Source: Octopus sinensis
Lineage: Eukaryota
Assembly: GCF_006345805.1 (NCBI RefSeq)
Contig: NC_043002.1
Span: 115,072,001-115,136,000 of the forward strand
DNA: 64,000 nt
Direction: 5' to 3'
A program made the translations under genes and the position numbers. Under the pieces are notes generated by a model. That model had not been told where the DNA came from, did no database searches, and saw only the letters and a list, made by a program, of their open reading frames with translations. This document shows, piece after piece, positions 38,163 through 51,612 of this stretch; the first letter of the stretch is position 1; every line of letters starts with the position of its first letter.

Positions 38163-41006
38163 GACGCAACGCGCGTCTGTGTGTGTATGTGTGTAAATGC
38201 ATATATTTTCGCAATAGCTACTCGTGGCGTCTCGTGAGATATGAGAATATCTGAAATAGATGTGACTATGCTCATTTCAATCTTGAGAAGAACTCTATTG
38301 GCCAGAGGAAGGCAACTCTGTGAATTACTTGCCTATATTACCTATGTATGATACACACAAAAAAAAGGTTAAATTTCAGCTGAAGACTGCTATATAAATT
38401 GTTCTAAAAATGTAATTATAACAGGTACCTGAATGAAGTTGTTTTAGCTCAAGATGAGAAATGTTTTATAAATGATAGAGAGTAATTTTAAGGAGCAGAA
38501 GGAAATATTGCAGAAGGAAAGAACAGAATAGAAATTGTAAGGCAAATGTTTAGAGGGGGAAAAAGTAAAAAGAGGAAGTGAAAAAGTGAGAGATAGGAAC
38601 GCATGAGAACGCGCCATTCAGAGTCAGGTGATTTACGATGATGGTTTGGGGGTCGGATATTGGGCTTTTCAGTTGGCTAATAAGTACCTTTCTATGTGAA
38701 AATCTAATTTTTGGAGTTGAGGCGCGTATTAAGATCTTTTCAGTTTTTATACAACTAGTGCCCTCTCAGGCTGATTCATTTCATAGTCCTCTAACTACAT
38801 GTTTTTGACTTCTCGAATACCCTCCCTTTACTGTTGTATAAAATCTTACTGACTTTCAGAAACCATATACAGTTTGCCAATAACGTGGTTACTTCTTGTC
38901 TCAATTACTGAACGATGGAAAATGGTTGTAGAACCTTTGCTACAATCAGCCCTGCATCATACTTACAGAAAGCTTTCTTACATCTACTTCATTAGATGCT
39001 ATTTTGAGTGCCTTCTGCTTCATAGACAACATGCAACATGAGATGCAGAATCTCTGGTCTAAAGAGTATGTGTTTTTCTTCTTGCATGAATATCCTGGGT
39101 CTAAAATTCTCGTGATTTTAGATGCTATTAATAATTTCAAGTTTGAATCACAAGAGTTGCTGATTTCCGCAATTCAGCAGTTAAGGTTATATTGCAACTG
39201 TAGGGTGCTGATGCTGAGAAATGTTTGTCTTGGAGACCAAGAATCTACTACTTACCTTACTTTTAACGTCCACCGAGACTGTGAGTACTTATCACTCATT
39301 TTTTGAAGATCCTATTCTTGGATCATTTGTCTTGGGGGGGACAGCTAGCTGACAAGATGGTGAATCGTAAATAATAATCGAAAGGAAGCAACGGGAACTC
39401 CCCACTGAATTCTCCCAATATAATTAATTCCCTGACTAGCACATAATGCTCGCGAAGAAATCACTAGGGGTCGCTCTTCGGTGTGATGTAGAAGACAAAG
39501 AATACGTGGGATTTGAAGTTGAATGGATCAGAGAATAGTTTCAGTTCCCGCCTAGCTATTTCTGATGGGTCAGAGCTAAAGCTAATCATATTTATGCATC
39601 AATAAATAATATTGTAGCAGACCACAATACAACAGTTTTCTCTTTTGTATGAACTGCAAATTCCTTTCAAATATTCTCCAACAAATATTCCATTGAAGAT
39701 AAATATTTAATCATATTCTGGAGATTTTGCCTTGGAGGTTTATTTAAAATTACATTGTTTTTGTTTTCTTTAATATTACATTTCATCCATGTTCAGCGTT
39801 TCCATTTTCATTCTAAATTTATCATTTTCTGCAAGCCAATTAACCAGAGTTTTGCGTACATTATGAAATGTGCACATCTTTTAAATTTCCCCAGGGCTCA
39901 TTTATTTCTATATATACGTAGAACAATATTGCTTTTGTTCAGTCATTGTGATAACATGAAAAAGCCACTACACCCAAAAAAAGGCTCGCCAATGTCAATA
40001 AATAACATATGTATTTTTATTTATTCATACAGAAAGAGAATAATGTTTCAATATACACATATTCTTGGTGTATCTGAATAATATTTTATGAAAATTACCA
40101 GAAGTTTATATTTTCTGAATATTACATATCAGTCTGTTATTTGGAACACATCAGTAATATAAAACTATGTACTAATGCGTATAAAGTATTATGCTTATTA
40201 TGGATATCTGAGATTAAATAACGTATTTTATGAATGTGTTAAACTTCTATTATATATGAGTTAAAGATTGTGTAGGTATTTGTTCTTTATGAAAAAACCA
40301 CACACACATGCACGCACGCATGTATATGTATGTATGCGCACGTGTGCTTATATGCGCATTTCTGGAAGTTTTCGAAGATACGTATACCTCAAATAATTTT
40401 CAGTTAAATCAGATGACGATATGCAAACGAAAAACTCTTTCATTAGCCTGGCAACACAAATGTAATAATATGTAATATTTTCTCGGTTTCCTTTTTTATT
40501 ATTTTTCAATCAAGTTTCTCTATCGTGTTTGTTTCTGAGGTATAGATTGCGCCATATATTTTTGTATTCATAAAACTCTTCGATAATTTACTCTGGTTCC
40601 CCTGTGTAGAAACTCATTTATTTTAAATGGATTTAGTTCTTAGTCATCAAATCGCGTTCCTTTAAGACATCGGAATTTGTGATTTTGAGAACAATATTAG
40701 TTTACACTGGTTTGGCTACTGAAACCCGAGTTTCGTTTGAGCCCCCACTAATGTCATACCTTTTCTATTATTACTTCTTATCCAATAACGAGGCAAGGAG
40801 GGAACCCCAACGTGGTCATTCGCTCTACAAAAAATAATAGTCAAGTTGTCATTAAATTATTCCATACCATCTTTTCAAAACCAAGAACACAGGTAATGTG
40901 GTGTTCCATAACAAAAGAAGACTGAATGGTGATATAAACTTGTTCGATTCGAGTTGACCTACCGTAAAACAGCGACACTAATTCAACGATGGAATATAGC
41001 CTCAGT

Positions 41007-41220
41007 AAGGCGGTGAGCTGGAAGAATCGTTAGCACGCCGGGCGAAATGCTTAGCGGTATTTTGTCTGCCGCTACGTTCTGAGTTCAAATTCCGCCGAGG
41101 TCGACTTTGCCTTTCATCCTTTCGGGATCGATAAATTAAGTACCAGTAGAGTACTGGGGTAGATCTAATCAACTGGCCACCTCCCCGCAAAATTTCGGGC
41201 CTTGTGCCTAGAGTAGAAAA
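41007..41220 (+). mobile_element. SINE family A monomer
   Basis: Full head to AGTAGAAAAG tail; degenerate TSD GGAATATAGCCTCAGT / GGAATATATCCATAGT. Confidence 0.93.
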
Positions 41221-42274
41221 GGAATATATCCATAGTGAAGCAATAGTGGACTAAATACAATATTATTGTAAAAATGAATCGCTTTTGAAGTAGATTTGAA
41301 AACACAAAAACTGTTATACGTGACTTTTTTGTACATAAAGCAAAGGTGATCGTATTATAGCCTACGGTTAAACAATGTTACTCTCAACTGAATCAAATCC
41401 CAGCATGAAAAATAGAGCCAAGTCTACCTTGGTGGAATTTGAATTCAAAATAAAAAGGTGGGGGAAAAAACTAAATGTCACAAAGTATTATAGCGATACT
41501 CGAACAATTTTTTTTCTATAATAAACCATAATAAAACTATGAAAATATATCTTCTAGATTCACAGTGTTACATAATACGATGAGTTGAATACTCACTCTC
41601 GATTTATAGTAAAAGAAATAAATTATTTTTATTTACGAATATTAATTCAGAGGTATTTCCATTTATAATTTCATTTTACACACACACACAACACACACAC
41701 ACACACACACACATACACAACTTACATACATATACATAACATACATACGTATATATTGCAGTAAAAGTCAGTTTGCCCTTAGAGTTAAACGGTATTGACA
41801 TATTTGTATTAGAGAAGAAATTAGTTATTTCTATGCGCTTTAAATTCCACTTTGATTAATGAATGCTACAAGAAATGTCAGGTGTGAGAATGTGTTCTCT
41901 TAATGTATTACATAAAGTAAAAGGCCAAATAATCTGTAATTGTTAACTTGTGTTGATGCTTTAAATATTTGATCAATAACTAAAAATAATGATACGCGAA
42001 AGTGTTTTGCATCTTTGTCATATATACTTAAATTTTATGCGGGTGTAAGAATGGAGTTATTGCGTTTTCAGAGTGAATCATTTTTTTCTTTTTCATTTTT
42101 TTTTTGTAATTTCTTCCGAAAGGCTAGAAAGTGAGAATTGTTTCAAATGACAGAATTGTTTTCTTTACCAGCAACAACAACAACTCAGTATTGTAATACA
42201 TGGTTACTTAACATTGATTAATCACTTCAATAAACATTTTCAATTAGAGAAAGAACCGATGACTTTCAAGAACA

Positions 42275-43060
42275 TGTATGCATGTATGTATGTATGTATG
42301 TATCTATCTATGTTTGTATGTATGTATGTTTGTATGTATGTATGTATGTATGTATGTGTGTATATTTGTATGTATGTGTGTGTATGTATGTATTTATGTA
42401 TGTATGCATGTATGTATGTATGTATGTATGTATGTATGTTTGTATGTATGTATGTATGTTTGTATTATGTATGTATGTATGTATGCATGTATGTATGTAT
42501 GCATGTATGTATGTATGTATGTATGTTTGTATGTATGTATGTATGTTTGTATTATGTATGTATGTATGTATGTATGTATGTATCTATCTATGTTTGTATG
42601 TATGTATGTATGTTTGTATGTATGTGTGTATGTATGTATGTATATTTGTATGTATGTGTGTGTATGTATGTATTTATGTATGTATGCATGTATGTATGTA
42701 TGTATGTATGTATGTATGTATGTATGTATGTTTGTATGTATGTATGTATGTTTGTATTATGTATGTATGTATGTATGCATGTATGTATGTATGCATGTAT
42801 GTATATATGTATGTATGTATATTTGTATGTATGTGTATGTATGTATGTATCTATGTATGTATGCATGTATATATGTATGCATGTATGTATGTATGTATGT
42901 ATGTATACATGTATGTATGCATGTATGTATGTATGCTTGTTTGTATGTATGTATGTATGCATGCATGTATGTATGTATGTATGTTTGTATGTCTATCTAT
43001 CTATATATATATGTATATATATATATAGAGAGAGAGAGGGGGAGAGAGAGAGATAGAGAG

Positions 43061-43143
<83 letters not shown>
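42275..43143. repeat. Large (TATG)n array with higher-order duplication, followed by (TA)n, (GA)n and (GATA)n
   Basis: Read directly; explains the 248-280 aa YVCM-type ORFs. Confidence 0.97.
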
Positions 43144-43144
<1 letters not shown>

Positions 43145-44031
43145 CTTTTTTGTGTAATGAGATAAAAAACCAAAGCTGTATAGATATTAGAGCATTTATA
43201 AATAGAAGGTCTTACAGCTGTTTCTAGGATATTAATTAATAATATCCCTTCATTGGAGACGGTGTGAGAGAAAAATTAAGTCATAGTTAGTTTAGATGTG
43301 ATATAAAATAGAGAGTGAGGTAGAGGAAAGAAAATATATGTAAGATATGTATGGGTATTCAAGTTGTAAATCCATTTTTTAGGCATAATGGTATATATGC
43401 AATATTCCAATATCCTATGAGTAAAAGTCCAAAAGTCTAACAGAGTCCTTTCAAATATAAATTTTATAAGCAATCTAAGATTCCCTTAGGAGTGAGATAA
43501 GCAGATTTTTAAACTTGGTCATTCTCAGCAGGGAATTTATTATATGCAATGTTGCAGAGTCAAAGGTTTGTATTTAAGTGACCTAAAAATAGGGGGTGTA
43601 TTAGTAATGTATTAGAAAGAAAAGCGTACGGAAAAGACCACGGTAACCTCGGTCAATAATGTCACATGTTAACACATTTATTTGCAAGAAAGTAACTCTC
43701 TGTTTAAAAGTTTTCCGGGTTCATAGGATTATGCTAAAGGTGGCTTCGTCATTCATACGTGACATCCTTGCTACATTTACCCATCTTTGAAAATGTTTCA
43801 GCAATGACAATCACAGAACTGTGTGAAACTACACCGTCAGCGGATCTACGACGTTTAAAATCTAAAATATATCTCTTACCTTTTTATTGTCTTTCAGTCA
43901 TTGAACTGCAGCCGAGGTGAGGAATTGCATGGAAGTGTTTAGTGGAGCAAACCGACACCACTACTTGAATTTTTTTATGCCTGTTATTTAATCCAACTGT
44001 TTCTTTGGCCGAACGCGCGCACACACACATG

Positions 44032-44090
<59 letters not shown>

Positions 44091-44144
44091 TTTATTTAAA
44101 GCAGCAGAAAATTCAACAAATTCAACAAATTTTGCTAGCCAAAA

Positions 44145-44182
44145 CTGTCCGATGAACGGCAACGGGAAACTCAGAGTAACAG
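44145..44182 (+). ncRNA. Minimal type I hammerhead ribozyme motif, copy 1
   Basis: CTGT-CCGATGA-ACG(GCAA)CGG-GAA-ACTC(A)GAGT-A-ACAG: helix I 4 bp, GNRA-capped helix II (one A.G mismatch), helix III 4 bp with a 1-nt loop, GUA cleavage triplet. Confidence 0.75.
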
Positions 44183-44303
44183 GTTTTGTTGAATTTTGAA
44201 TTTTCTGCTGCTTTAAATAAAGCATATTACTCTACCACTGGTATTTGAGTACTCTTTTTTCCACCTTGTTTCACATTTATGTGTTTACTCCGGAATATAT
44301 ATA

Positions 44304-44349
<46 letters not shown>

Positions 44350-44403
44350 TTTATTTAAAGCAGCAGAAAATTCAACAAATTCAACAAATTTTGCTAGCCA
44401 AAA

Positions 44404-44441
44404 CTGTCCGATGAACGGCAACGGGAAACTCAGAGTAACAG
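44404..44441 (+). ncRNA. Minimal type I hammerhead ribozyme motif, copy 2
   Basis: Identical to 44145-44182. Confidence 0.75.
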
Positions 44442-44551
44442 GTTTTGTTGAATTTTGAATTTTCTGCTGCTTTAAATAAAGCATATTACTCTACCACTGG
44501 TATTTGAGTACTCTTTTTTCCACCTTGTTTCACATTTATGTGTTTACTCCG

Positions 44552-44588
<37 letters not shown>

Positions 44589-44899
44589 CGCAGGCGTGGC
44601 TATGTGGTAAGATGTTTGCTTCCCAGCCTAGACACCTTTTGGAACCATTCAGTATCATGCGCTTGGATTGTCACGGTTGTCTCCTCTCGTCTCTTCTGTC
44701 TATAAATACTGACACTTGAGACTCTACGCACGAATTAGTATGTGGAAGAACCGTGTCAGTATACTTGGACGACGTCACAGCCAGGTGATCGGCACAGTTC
44801 AAAGGGACTACATGACAGTGACATGAGTAAAAATCAAGGAAGAAAAGTCAGTGGGCCTGCAGCTGAGCACCTAGAGAGGCGGGTTCATTTGTCTTTTTT

Positions 44900-46950
44900 T
44901 AATAATTACTATTTCTAATATTGTCAATTTTCTTTAAAAAAAACATCGATACCTTGGACAAAATGTAACATAGAAGGAAGGAAATCGAATTTAACTGAAC
45001 TAAAGAGATGGTGAAGAAATAAATGTGTCGAACATTAACTTGGCAAGAAGCAGGCTTGCTGTATCCATGACAACCATAGATGACCTCAACGAAAGAAAAA
45101 AAAAGTGTCTTCTGCTTTAAACTAGCTTGCTGATACTAAAGAAAAAATCGTCAACGACGATGGCAGTAGTAATAACAGCGAAAATATGAACAAGTTAAAC
45201 TTCAATTGCAAGAATAACAGTGGTAACAGCAGACCCACTATGATTCTCAGGAACACGACATCGAGAACAGATCTATTACCAACATAACAAAAGTGAGCTC
45301 ATTTGCAAACGTTATACAATGATTATGTGTAAAATATACCTTTGACAATGAGTTTAAGAAGGAAAACAGATACTGTTTGCTTCGACCAAATTTTCTAGCC
45401 TGCCCACCAGGAGAGAAAGAACTAATTGGAAGGAGAATTATAATGTATAGATACATATATAAATAACCAGAAAATTAGACAATCCACGCTCAACGCAAGC
45501 CCAGAAATGTTTGAAAGATGCATGGGGTTTGATACGCTACGTGGGGAGACGAAGGATATATCAGACGTACAAAAATAGCAGCAAATAGTGCCTCACAAAT
45601 TAATTCATGTTATTACAAACGTAACTGAGGAGAGTTGTAAATAAGGTAACATTCCCAAATATACCAGAAATACTAAGTAAAATTATTTGACATTGATATT
45701 GACAGGCCATAGTGAAATTATCACCATATCTTCTCCCCAGAAGTGTGCTGCGATCATATTAGAAATGGAGATTCTGCTCATATAAGAAATTTTTCCGCGG
45801 ATTCCCCACCGCGTCCACATAAGAGCAAGAAAGACATATGAGTTGCGGACGACGGTAAGAAGGCTACCTGTCACTCATGCTGGAGTACTAATTGTCAGAA
45901 AGCATTATATCCTTAAACAGAATGATCGAAAGCTTCCTTGTTGTTGACCCACAACACCAGATGAACAACAACGAGACAAGTAGCAATAACAGCAACAAAA
46001 ACAGATCCAACAGAAGGAACCCAAACCATTGCCCTATATCAGTGAAGGGACTTGCTACCACCACCCTCGAAAATTAAGTCCTCCAAAGAGCGGCCACCTC
46101 GCAAAAGTAACATCAACATTAACACCAACACTGGCACCGGCACAGGTAATAAAAAAATCAATCATTTGTATCAATCAGTCCTCATCTTATTTCCCGGCAT
46201 AGGACAATGTGAAAGAAAGCAGGCCGAAAAATGGCAAACGGTCATTTTTCGGGAGCCAAGAGAAAGAAAAGATCCATAACTCCAAAGCAAATGGTAGAAA
46301 CGTGATTGAAACATTAAAAAAATGTTTACAATACAACAAAACCTTGACACAGCCACCAAAACAGCATCAAGAACAAAAGGAACAACAAAACCTCAACAGC
46401 AACAGCTAAATTCGCAACCCCACCACCGTCGCCAACAACAGGAAAACACACAAACACAACTACAACAGCTAAAACACTAAAAGAGACAACAAAAATAGTC
46501 AAAAGCTCCTGAAACAAACATCAACTTCGCCATTGTAAATAATAATGACGAAAGCCAAAATAGAGAGAGCGACAGGAATTTCAAGAATTCATCTTCAAAA
46601 CTACCAAAGACCGGCTTCTAATGACGACATCATCAGACGTCTACGGAATTCTTGAAACATTCCAATGCTGTATAGGGATTATCAAGAAAATAACCGAGAA
46701 CACACTATAAGAAGAGGTGGGGATACATTTAAGAAACTTTCTCCAATGAGGAGCAGATTACTCGACTTTCTCGAAGACCAAGTGGAGTGACCTCTTCCTT
46801 TTTTAATCTCCACTAAACAAGGCCATATTCTGAGTGAGGTATAAAAAATGTTCGTGGCTTGAGGTCAGCTTGGATGCATAGTCGTTTATGCTATGATATC
46901 AAGTCGGAAGAAATATATGTGATAACCCTCATAATCACTAAAGAGTAAGC
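44900..46950 (+). mobile_element. Possible decayed LINE ORF1 (gag-like) region
   Basis: At about 45850-45915: VADDGKKATCHSCWSTNCQKALYP, which has CX2CX4(H>C)X4(C>Y)P spacing. Followed by A/C-rich Q/N/T/P-coding low complexity; many stops. Confidence 0.35.
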
Positions 46951-47326
46951 ATTCACGCTTGTTTTCGACGGCTGAGATATTCTTATTTCATAAGCAGTCA
47001 GGACGCAGTGTTATTCCGGTAACTTGTAAAAGTCCTTGCAATTGTCCCATTCTTGAGTCGCCCTGGTTACAAATACAAAAATATCATAATTATCATCATC
47101 GTGATCATCATCATCATCATCATCATATTGTAGATTGCTAGAATCATTAGACTATCGAACAGGATGTTTACTGGCATTCCTTATGACTCTTTACATTCTA
47201 AGTTCAAATCCCGCTGCTGTCATCTTTGCCTTCCCTATTTCTTTTTCTGGGGTGGGAGATAATAAAATAAAGTACCAGTCAAGTACGGGTATTGATGCAG
47301 TTGCCTTTTTAAATTTAAAAATTAAA

Positions 47327-47334
<8 letters not shown>

Positions 47335-47382
<48 letters not shown>

Positions 47383-47480
47383 TAATATTATTGTCATTAT
47401 CATCATCATCGCCATCGTCATCATGTTCGTTATCATCATCCTTATCCTTGTTATTGTCGTCATTATCATCATCATTATTT
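47335..47480. repeat. (TTA)n-(TCA)n compound array
   Basis: Read directly; preceded by a degenerate SINE A at about 47140-47305. Confidence 0.95.
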
Positions 47481-47488
47481 TTATTGTC

Positions 47489-47764
47489 AAGGCGGCGAGC
47501 TGGCAGAAACGTTAGCACGCCGGGCGAAATGCTTTGCGGTACTTCGTCTGCCGTCACGTTTTGAGTCCAAATTCCGCCGAGATCGACTCTGCCTTTCATC
47601 CTTTTGGGTTCGATTAAATAAGTACCAGTTACGCACTGGGGTCGATATAATCGACTTACTCCATTTGTCTGTCCTTGTTTGTCCCCTCTCTGTGTTTAGC
47701 CCCTTGTGGGTAGTAAAGAAATAGGTATTTCATCTGCCACTTCGTTCTGAGTTCAAATTCCGCC
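47489..47764 (+). mobile_element. SINE family A, one module plus truncated second module
   Basis: Head, body, then restart GGTATTTCATCTGCC...GAGTTCAAATTCCGCC. Confidence 0.92.
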
Positions 47765-48069
47765 GGTATAAATGGACCAATTCTGAGGATACACCTGTAG
47801 TATAAAAAGAAAAGAAAAGTATTATAAAAGGAGAAAGGGGCTCTCTTCCCCCCTTTTGACCAGGCTCCCGTGGCTTTTATGGGTTTTTCCACGAGTAACC
47901 TTTCGAAGCGCCTCCCCCTATTGGGAATTTCAATTGTTATATTTTCGTTGCTATCTCTGGAATTTTTACACTGTTTTTTGCAAACGGACAAAACCCTTTG
48001 TAACTTTCGTCCTGTGTTTTGTCCCTTTATGTTTTAGTTAATTTTTGTCAGCCCTTGTGGCCAATAAAC

Positions 48070-48082
48070 GAATTAATTATTA

Positions 48083-48121
<39 letters not shown>

Positions 48122-48188
48122 AATAATAATGATGATGATAATGATGATGATAATAATGATAATAATGATAATGATAATGATAACAATG

Positions 48189-48220
<32 letters not shown>

Positions 48221-48325
48221 GATAATGATAATAATAATAATGATAATGATAATAATAATAATGATAATAATAATGATAATAATAATAATGATAATAATAA
48301 TAATAATCTGGTTATTATTATCATT
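48070..48325. repeat. (TAT)n/(AAT)n/(GAT)n compound array
   Basis: Read directly. Confidence 0.96.
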
Positions 48326-49735
48326 ATTATGTTGTAAAGACGACATAAGGTAAGAGGCAAGTTCTAACATGTCATTTATTCTCTAAAAGAATTCAATATT
48401 TTTCGTGCTGAGAGAAACAAAACTGATGTTTTTATAATTATTTTGAAAAATTAGCGCGAAGGAAATAGATGATCACATTGTTATATAGAGAGAGGGGATC
48501 TAGTATATAAATATATAGGAAAAGGAAGGGGGTGTGGAATTGAAGTGTGCAGTAGACCATGACAAGAGAAGTGGGGCTGGTGTCAAGTACGATTGATCAG
48601 AGAAGCCAGTGAGAGAATGATAGAGTTATAAAGCTATGCAGAAAGGCTTGTTCCTGAAAAAAAAAATGTGAAAAGAGTGTAGCGTAGCGTGTAATTGAAC
48701 GGAGTGAGAGGAAGTATGTTGATGACGTGAGGCATTCTAGCCAACTGCACATATTGAAAAGAGCAAAAATCAAATTTCAACTGAATAATTTGTTAAAGAA
48801 TAAACTTCTTTTCCAATTACCTTCTGCTTTTCCCATTCCACCACTGCCCAGCTCTTTCCCTAATTCTTCTCGCTTTATTCATCTGTTCCTTACAGATGTT
48901 ATGTCTGAAACTTTTAGGGATATAATTGAATAAATTAGGTTTGAAAATCATAGAGGTAAGTCGATAACATACCAGGATCTTATTATACCCAGTGCAAAAT
49001 ATATCGGAGGAAGGAAAATTAGGTAAATACTTTAGATAACAAGTAAAAAAAAAATATCGCACTAATTATGATATTAGTTAAGAAAAATTAACATTTCTTA
49101 TTAATTTACGCAATAAACTGATTAACAGCACAATATATAATGCTTTTAATTCAGTAAATTCATATTTAGTTTTCTTTACACAATAAATGGTAGACAAACT
49201 TCTACAGACATGCTATTTATTTACTGTTGAACCTTCTAAAGCCAAGTAATAAATGAATCTTGTCCAGTCTATAACCAAATGTATAGACAAGGCATTTCAG
49301 CATTTAGAAAAAGGAAAACGGTTTTATTTTTATTAAGGTTTAATCATAAAATGGTAGATCGCTTATATAAACGGTATGATGAAAAATAAACCAGTCTTAT
49401 CTCATCTTCCACAGGGAAAATGTTAAAGCCGGAAAGTTATTTGTATTAATTGTACTAATATTGAAACTACTGAATGCATACATAGACACTAATCACTTTG
49501 AAATGTAATACAAATATAGCCATTATTTTCTTAAGAAGATGTATGTGTGTGTGTATACATACATACACACGCACACATACATATATATATATACATACAT
49601 GCATACGTGCATACATGCACATACACGTGTGTGTATATATATATGTATGTATATATATATGTATGTATATATATAATATATATATATATATATGTATTTA
49701 TGTATGTATGTATGTATGTATGTATGTATATGTTT

Positions 49736-49898
49736 GGTGCAGACATGACTCTGTGATATAAAGTTTTCTTCTCAATCGCATGGTTCCGGGTTCAGTCCCA
49801 CTGCGTGGCAGCTTGGTCACGTGTCTTCTACTACAGTTTCGGGTCGACCGAAGCCTTGTGAGTGGATTTGATAGACGGAAACGGAAAGAAACCCGTCG
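49736..49898 (+). mobile_element. 5' module of bipartite tRNA-derived SINE family E
   Basis: GGTTCCGGGTTCAGTCCCACTGCGTGGCAGCTTGGTCACGTGTCTTCTACT...GCCTTGTGAGTGGATTTG..GACGGAAAC. Related heads at 44587-44628, 60434-60572 and 62788-62930. Confidence 0.85.
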
Positions 49899-50569
49899 TG
49901 TATATAAATATTTACATATATAAAATCAAAAGTAGATCAGAAAAAACACAACAAACGGAAACCGTCGAAACACAACATGCAGGAAAAGGACGAAAGCACG
50001 ACAACGGCAAACAGGACAAACCAAGATACACGGATCATTTGCAGCCAATTGCCTCTTCAGTCGAAATCCGGAATGTCCACTCTGTTTCGCCCATTTATTT
50101 CCGATACTACTCGAAACCGACTGGCCCAAGGACTCAAGCTAAAAGCATCAAGCCGCAAATAAGTAAACAACAGAATGGGTCTTTCGACTATCGGACGAAC
50201 GTAACATATGGAATAGAATCATACATGGACAAGCGCCTTTCGGCTATACAACAAAAAGAAAATAATTATACAATTAAAACAAAGCAAAACAAACGAGGTC
50301 TTTTGACTATCAGACGAGTGTAGTAAGCTAGCGCAAAGAAAATGGGAAAAAACCTTAACTGACTAGGCGGCAGGACAGAACAGAACAGACGCGACTGACC
50401 TCAATGGCGCCCGGCCGAAAAGGGACGACAATGCCTGAACCGGACACACACACTTATAAATACTTATATACATAGTTAAAAAGGAAATTACTTTTTAACC
50501 ATTATTTTTTATTTGTATGTACCCCTAACCCCAATTCATTTCTCTCTTTCTCTCTCTCTCCCTCCCCCA

Positions 50570-50584
<15 letters not shown>

Positions 50585-50602
<18 letters not shown>

Positions 50603-50661
50603 AATATATATGTATATATATATATATAATATGTATATATATGTATATATATGTGTGTATA

Positions 50662-50722
<61 letters not shown>

Positions 50723-50830
50723 GTGCATATATATATAATATGTGTATATATATATAATATATATATAAATATATATATATAGAGAGAGAGAGAAAGAAAG
50801 ACAGACAGACATGCAGACAGAGAGAGAGAC
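50585..50830. repeat. (TA)n/(GA)n microsatellite field
   Basis: Read directly. Confidence 0.95.
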
Positions 50831-50999
50831 AGAGATAAAGATAATACAAAATGGGACAAGAACGCAAAACATCCGGACAGTTAGGTAATACAAAAAGGGG
50901 ACAACAAAACATCCAGATAGACGATACAAAGAAAACAAGGACGGGTCATTCGAAGTTTTCTTTCCTCAGTCAAGTACCAGATTATCTTCGCAATGTCGG

Positions 51000-51030
<31 letters not shown>

Positions 51031-51398
51031 AGTGTATAGTTACTAATCTATACAAGTAGTTGTAAAAAGGAAATAAAAGAAGTTGAAAATGCATTGACAG
51101 TGTATTAGATTAATTTATATCAATATTAATGCAATTAGTCGCTTTCACATTTGTATCATTTTCTGAAGTACTTTACGAATTAATAAACTAATAACAATAC
51201 AAGAAGAAATACACTGCTGCAAATCTATTAATTAACACACTAATGTACACATACTGCACCTAAAAATCTATTTCTTGGATCATGTGCACATTATCAAAAA
51301 CTCCTTAAGCAGACCACGCCTGTCAATACTGCAAGAGTATACGTTACAAATGACAAGTATATTTGATTCATAAATTTTATTCCAAATCTTTAAGTTAC

Positions 51399-51612
51399 AA
51401 ACTTCAAATTTTAGCGCAAAGCCATTAAGTTCCTGGGAGTGATAAGTCGATTACATCGACCCCAATTCAAAGCTGGTACTTATTTTATCGACTCCAGAAG
51501 GATGAAAGGTAAAGTCGACCTCGGCGGCATTTGAACTGAGAACGTAAAGACAAACGAAATGCTGCTAAGCATCTTACCCGACCTACCCTACGATTCTGCC
51601 AGCTCGCTGCTT
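51399..51612 (-). mobile_element. SINE family A monomer
   Basis: Reverse-complement head, B box and tail. Another degenerate copy at about 54165-54300 (-). Confidence 0.88.

Larger units (their letters stand above)
44090..44552 (+). mobile_element. Tandem dimer (259-bp period) of a (TA)n-flanked hammerhead-bearing element; candidate retrozyme
   Basis: Units 44090-44293 and 44349-44552 are identical by eye and separated and flanked by (TA)n. Each has a perfect 27-bp inverted repeat (44090-44116 / 44196-44222) enclosing a hammerhead. Confidence 0.8.

Noticed and set aside
39250-39345. Possible first coding exon MSDKYSQSRWTLKV|GTAAGT on the minus strand
   Set aside because: Too short to distinguish from chance; no partner exon identified.
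42214-43066. Longest ORFs (248-280 aa, YVCM repeats) and all similar Y/I/V/C/H/T or poly-N/I/L ORFs
   Set aside because: Pure read-through of (TATG)n, (TA)n, (CA)n and (TAA)n microsatellites.
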